From assembly GCA_976551045.1 (NCBI GenBank), contig CDPCPM010000073.1, positions 16,244,001 through 16,308,000 of the forward strand: DNA of 64,000 nucleotides, given 5' to 3'. Position 1 is the stretch's first letter. Each line of letters opens with the position of its first letter. The notes under the pieces were generated by a model. That model had not been told where the DNA came from, made no database searches, and saw nothing but the letters and a program-made list of their open reading frames with translations. The DNA comes from Glaucostegus cemiculus. Its lineage: Eukaryota. Both the position numbers and the translations under genes were made by a program. Below, one piece after another: positions 62,501 through 64,000 of the stretch.

Positions 62501-63507
62501 TGGGGAGGCTCAGTGTTGGATTAGGGGTGGGTTTTTGCAGGGAACAGTATAGTAAACGTGAATGTGTCAATGAGCTTTGCTGATTAGGGTTGTACATTTC
62601 AGTGGAACTATCAAGATGCAGCAACAGATCAGTACTTTGCCTTTTACTTTAGATTTTGCCCACTCTGCTATCCTACAGAGCTTGTAGCTAGTTAGTCCTC
62701 ATGATGAGAGCTCCCCAACAAAGAGTTAATATCCACATTGTGCTTTAGTTGGCTGCAAATTACCAATGGAAATTACAGTAACTTTAGGTTAAACTTCCCT
62801 GAATTTACGGTAAACTGCACTGAAAGCTGAACATAAACACTTTCAAGGAAGAACTATACAAACAAAGTTAGAACAATGGCTGGAAAAACATTCATCTGTA
62901 TTTATTGTTGCTAAGGATGTGTCTTCCTGTTCACAACATTCCTCAGCACAGCTGCTTTCTGTTTTGATGGAGCAACGTTTGTAGAGTGAGTACTGAAAAT
63001 CACACCAGGATGGTCTATGTGGAGATAATTGTGGCTGTGAAACTGATTTCAATATCTTCAAAGGAGCTTCATTTTTATGTCATCTACAGGGCAGGATGAA
63101 TAAAATGAAAGTAAAGAAAAATGTGTACTGTACACATTCCTGTACATATATCTTTATTAGTAAAGTATACATTTGAAATTAAAAAATGGGCAGGCTTTTT
63201 CAAATACTCTGAACAAGAGCACAGATCTGGAGTGTTCTGATGTTTTCCAAGGAGGTACTTCAAAAGCATCTGAAATTAAGTGATTTGTGGATCAACCTGG
63301 AATAGTTATATTCTTTTACTTGAACGATAAAGCTATCAGAATGTTCATTACTAGGGGTGAGCTGCAGTTCTATACTGTTCAAATTAGTAAGCATCTTTTC
63401 TGTGTTTCATGAGTATTACCACAAGCCTGATTATTATAATTAAGGGACTTAAGTTTAACTTACAGAAGGATGAATACAGAAATTTCAGCAGCTGAAGTTG
63501 TAGAACA

Positions 63508-63800
63508 TCAACAACAACAATTGCATTTATGTAGTTGATCTTCTAAAGCACCCCAAGGTTATCAAACAAAATTTGACACTAAGTCACATAACAAGATACT
63601 AAGGCACGCCAGCAAAATTTTGGTTAAAGAGTTTAATTTTGAGGTATGTCTTAAAGGAGGCAAAAGTGGAGTGTTTTATAGAGAGAATCCCAAAGTGAGG
63701 AACGGACGCCAGTGAAAGAAGCAGATAAAATCATGAAGGTATCAGAATTGAAGGAACATAGAACATGTAGCTCTGGAGGTTACAGGGAGCTTATACCCAA
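63508..63800 (-). mobile_element. Old L2-like 3' end (related relics near 7340-7580, 12350-12700, 19830-20080)
   Basis: caacaacaac..gcatttat..ttatcaaacaaaatttgac..ggttaaagag..tttt is shared among these loci; family assignment is from memory. Confidence 0.45.
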
Positions 63801-64000
63801 ATAGAACTTTTCACAAAAATCAGCCTAATATTAAGAAAGAGCCACCATTGTTCTCCTTGTGGGAAGGTCAAAAAACTTCTGAGAATTATCTTCATTTCCA
63901 GGTAAGCTAGAAAGTTTCTTGCTCACATACAAGTGAATTTTCTATTTTAAAATGCTGTAGTTTATGCTGTATAAAATCTGCACTTGTATATCCATGGATA

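Noticed and set aside
57373-64000. KIF19 exons 1-2 (VALR.RP motif)
   Set aside because: No minus-strand match with splice sites was found; they presumably lie beyond the window.

Overview
Eukaryotic vertebrate genomic DNA, not prokaryotic. The repeat content (HER1-type CR1, HE1-type V-SINEs, DeuSINE-like, Rex-Babar, Penelope-like) points to a cartilaginous fish, probably a batoid (inference). The window lies inside one minus-strand kinesin-8 gene, a KIF19 homologue that may be the KIF19B-type paralogue. I reconstructed 15 consecutive GT-AG exons (57372 down to 1831). They join in phase into 2664 nt (888 codons) with no stop, covering most of the motor domain, the stalk and most of the tail. 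The first exons and the final exon(s) were not found in the window. The introns hold many transposon fossils: an internally deleted Gypsy LTR element with both LTRs, CR1, Rex-Babar, RTE and L2 LINE fragments, V-SINEs with two different LINE-derived tails, DeuSINE-like relics, PIF/Harbinger relics and Penelope-like elements. The most interesting non-coding signal is a recurrent minimal type-I hammerhead-ribozyme motif (consensus CAGTC-CTGAnGA-A-GGGTC-nn-GACCC-GAAAC-GTY-GACTG) in Penelope pseudo-LTRs, including inverted and palindromic arrangements. Every copy in this window carries at least one motif mutation. Most ORFs in the supplied track are spurious or are transposon fragments.
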